From positions 1-25,282 of IMG/VR virus record IMGVR_UViG_3300025587_000227: a DNA stretch of 25,282 nt. One strand, 5' to 3'. Within the stretch, counting starts at the first letter, position 1, and the number at the start of each line of letters is the position of its first letter. The position numbers were made by a program, and so were the translations under genes. Under the pieces are notes generated by a model. The model saw only the letters and a list, made by a program, of their open reading frames with translations. It ran no database searches and was not told the origin of the DNA. Of the stretch, positions 24,053 through 25,282 are shown one piece after another. The DNA comes from a virus.

Positions 24053-25261
24053 TTATCTTTCAAGTTTTTCCAGTATCTCCGGATGAGACGATATAAGATT
24101 ATACAACTTCTCAGTCTTCCTCACCCACTCTCTTAACTTCTCCTGAGACTCACGCAATTCTTTAATCTCATTCTCCTTCTCTTCCAGTTCTTTCACAATC
24201 TCACGAACCTCAGGGGCCATTACTCGTCTTGTAACAGTCTTCTCAAAAGTCAAAGATCGCATCCTTTTTCTGTATTCTCTTTCAAGGTGATCTATATTCA
24301 CTTTGAAATACGCCTCTGTGACTGGATTCACTTTATGACCAAGCAGCCAATCAATTGCCAGCTTATCCATTCCCTCCTTATAAAGGATGGTCGTGAAAAG
24401 CTTCCTAAGTTTGTGGGAAGTTAAACGACGATTACCCGCTGCATCCCTTCCAAGATAGAATCTGTCATTAAGACGATTGAAAATGTTAGCATAAGTGATC
24501 GGTTTGAGTCTATCTCCATTTTGAGTTGAAAATAGAGGCTGAGTCTCTTTTAAAGGTCCTCCATTTAATCGACGGTACCTTAGATAGTCAAGGATTTTTA
24601 TATTAGCCTCAGGAGTGCTGAAAGTAACATATGGCATTCCTGTCTTTACTCTATTTACCTTCCAAACTCCAACAATCTCTTCATCTTGTATGCGTTTTCT
24701 GGCATCCTCATAATCCTCTCCGAGGACATTGAAACCTATGGCCTTATTATAATCAACAACATTGAGTCTTCGAAGTTCCGCGGATCCCATCCCACTGGTG
24801 AGGTGCAGGAGGATCATGGCTTTTTCCCGTGGATGGGTGTTGTCCAGGACATTTTTGATCTCATGGAGATTTATAAGATCATCCATGGATTTATTTTCAG
24901 GTCGAATTTTGTATGTGATCTTTGGGGGGTCAATCTCATATTCATTGTATAGTGCTTTGATTTTGGAGATGTATAATCTGATAGTTGATCCTTTGACCCC
25001 CTGGTCTTGTAGGTGTTGAATGTATTTTAGGAAATATTGTCTGATCTTGCGTTTTCTTCTTTTAACCCCTGAATCTTCCTCTTTTTCCGCTTCTTCTATT
25101 AATTCTGTGATTGTTTTTCCTGTGACTTGTGAGTAGTGTTGTATTGCTGCAATGTATGTCTCTATAGTTTTTTCTTTTATGTTCCTGGAAAATATGAATT
25201 CTTGTAGGAGAGGGTCTTGGAGAAGTTCTTCTTTTGTTGGGTGTGTTTTCTTGGTGGGCAT
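24053..25261 (-). CDS. int: Tyrosine recombinase / integrase with C-terminal coiled coil (start ATG 25261, or 25282)
   Basis: N-terminal SAM-like domain (TIETY...Y), RVKTG Lys, SHKLRK (HxxR), LGH, AYF Tyr; box I reads SGMGSAEL. Confidence 0.92.
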   Translation of the reverse strand: MPTKKTHPTKEELLQDPLLQEFIFSRNIKEKTIETYIAAIQHYSQVTGKTITELIEEAEKEEDSGVKRRKRKIRQYFLKYIQHLQDQGVKGSTIRLYISKIKALYNEYEIDPPKITYKIRPENKSMDDLINLHEIKNVLDNTHPREKAMILLHLTSGMGSAELRRLNVVDYNKAIGFNVLGEDYEDARKRIQDEEIVGVWKVNRVKTGMPYVTFSTPEANIKILDYLRYRRLNGGPLKETQPLFSTQNGDRLKPITYANIFNRLNDRFYLGRDAAGNRRLTSHKLRKLFTTILYKEGMDKLAIDWLLGHKVNPVTEAYFKVNIDHLEREYRKRMRSLTFEKTVTRRVMAPEVREIVKELEEKENEIKELRESQEKLREWVRKTEKLYNLISSHPEILEKLER

Positions 25262-25282
25262 GGATGGTATGTATACTCGCAT

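Larger units (their letters stand above)
1..25282 (-). mobile_element. psiM2/psiM100-like provirus of a pseudomurein-walled methanogen (near complete; att sites outside the window)
   Basis: Full HK97-type head and long-tail gene order, Pei endolysin at one end, tyrosine integrase at the other; GGAGG/GGTGA/poly-G RBSs and TATA-type promoters. Confidence 0.93.

Noticed and set aside
40-24952. Numerous + strand ORFs of 60-176 aa overlapping structural, early and integrase genes (e.g. 5640-6050, 7017-7544, 7953-8483, 21531-22019)
   Set aside because: Antisense shadows of well-supported minus-strand genes; Ser/Pro-rich low-complexity translations with no RBS or motifs.

Overview
The whole window is a head-tail (siphovirus-like) archaeal provirus of the psiM2/psiM100 type (Leisingerviridae-like; host inferred to be Methanothermobacter or a related pseudomurein-walled Methanobacteriales). 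It runs from the pseudomurein endoisopeptidase (left) to the tyrosine integrase (right), so the att sites should lie just outside the window. Almost all genes are on the minus strand in the order int | RHH switch | early regulatory operon | AT-rich repeat | inverted TFB-like pair | small membrane genes | terS-terL-portal-gpF-protease/scaffold-MCP | neck | tail tube, chaperone(s), tape measure, tail tip | pei. No helicase, primase or polymerase is recognisable. Most unusual observations: (1) a ~170-nt triple-hairpin locus (23820-23990) whose + strand is complementary to the translation starts of three control-point genes (first early gene, first late gene, integrase); (2) two tandem, in-frame, paralogous histone-fold genes opening the early operon; (3) an inverted, split TFB/TFIIB-like pair (one cyclin repeat plus a separate Zn ribbon); (4) a viral Sm/Hfq-like gene; (5) a four-box operator array beside an unannotated RHH gene. 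Family assignments come from motif recognition by eye, not from database searches.
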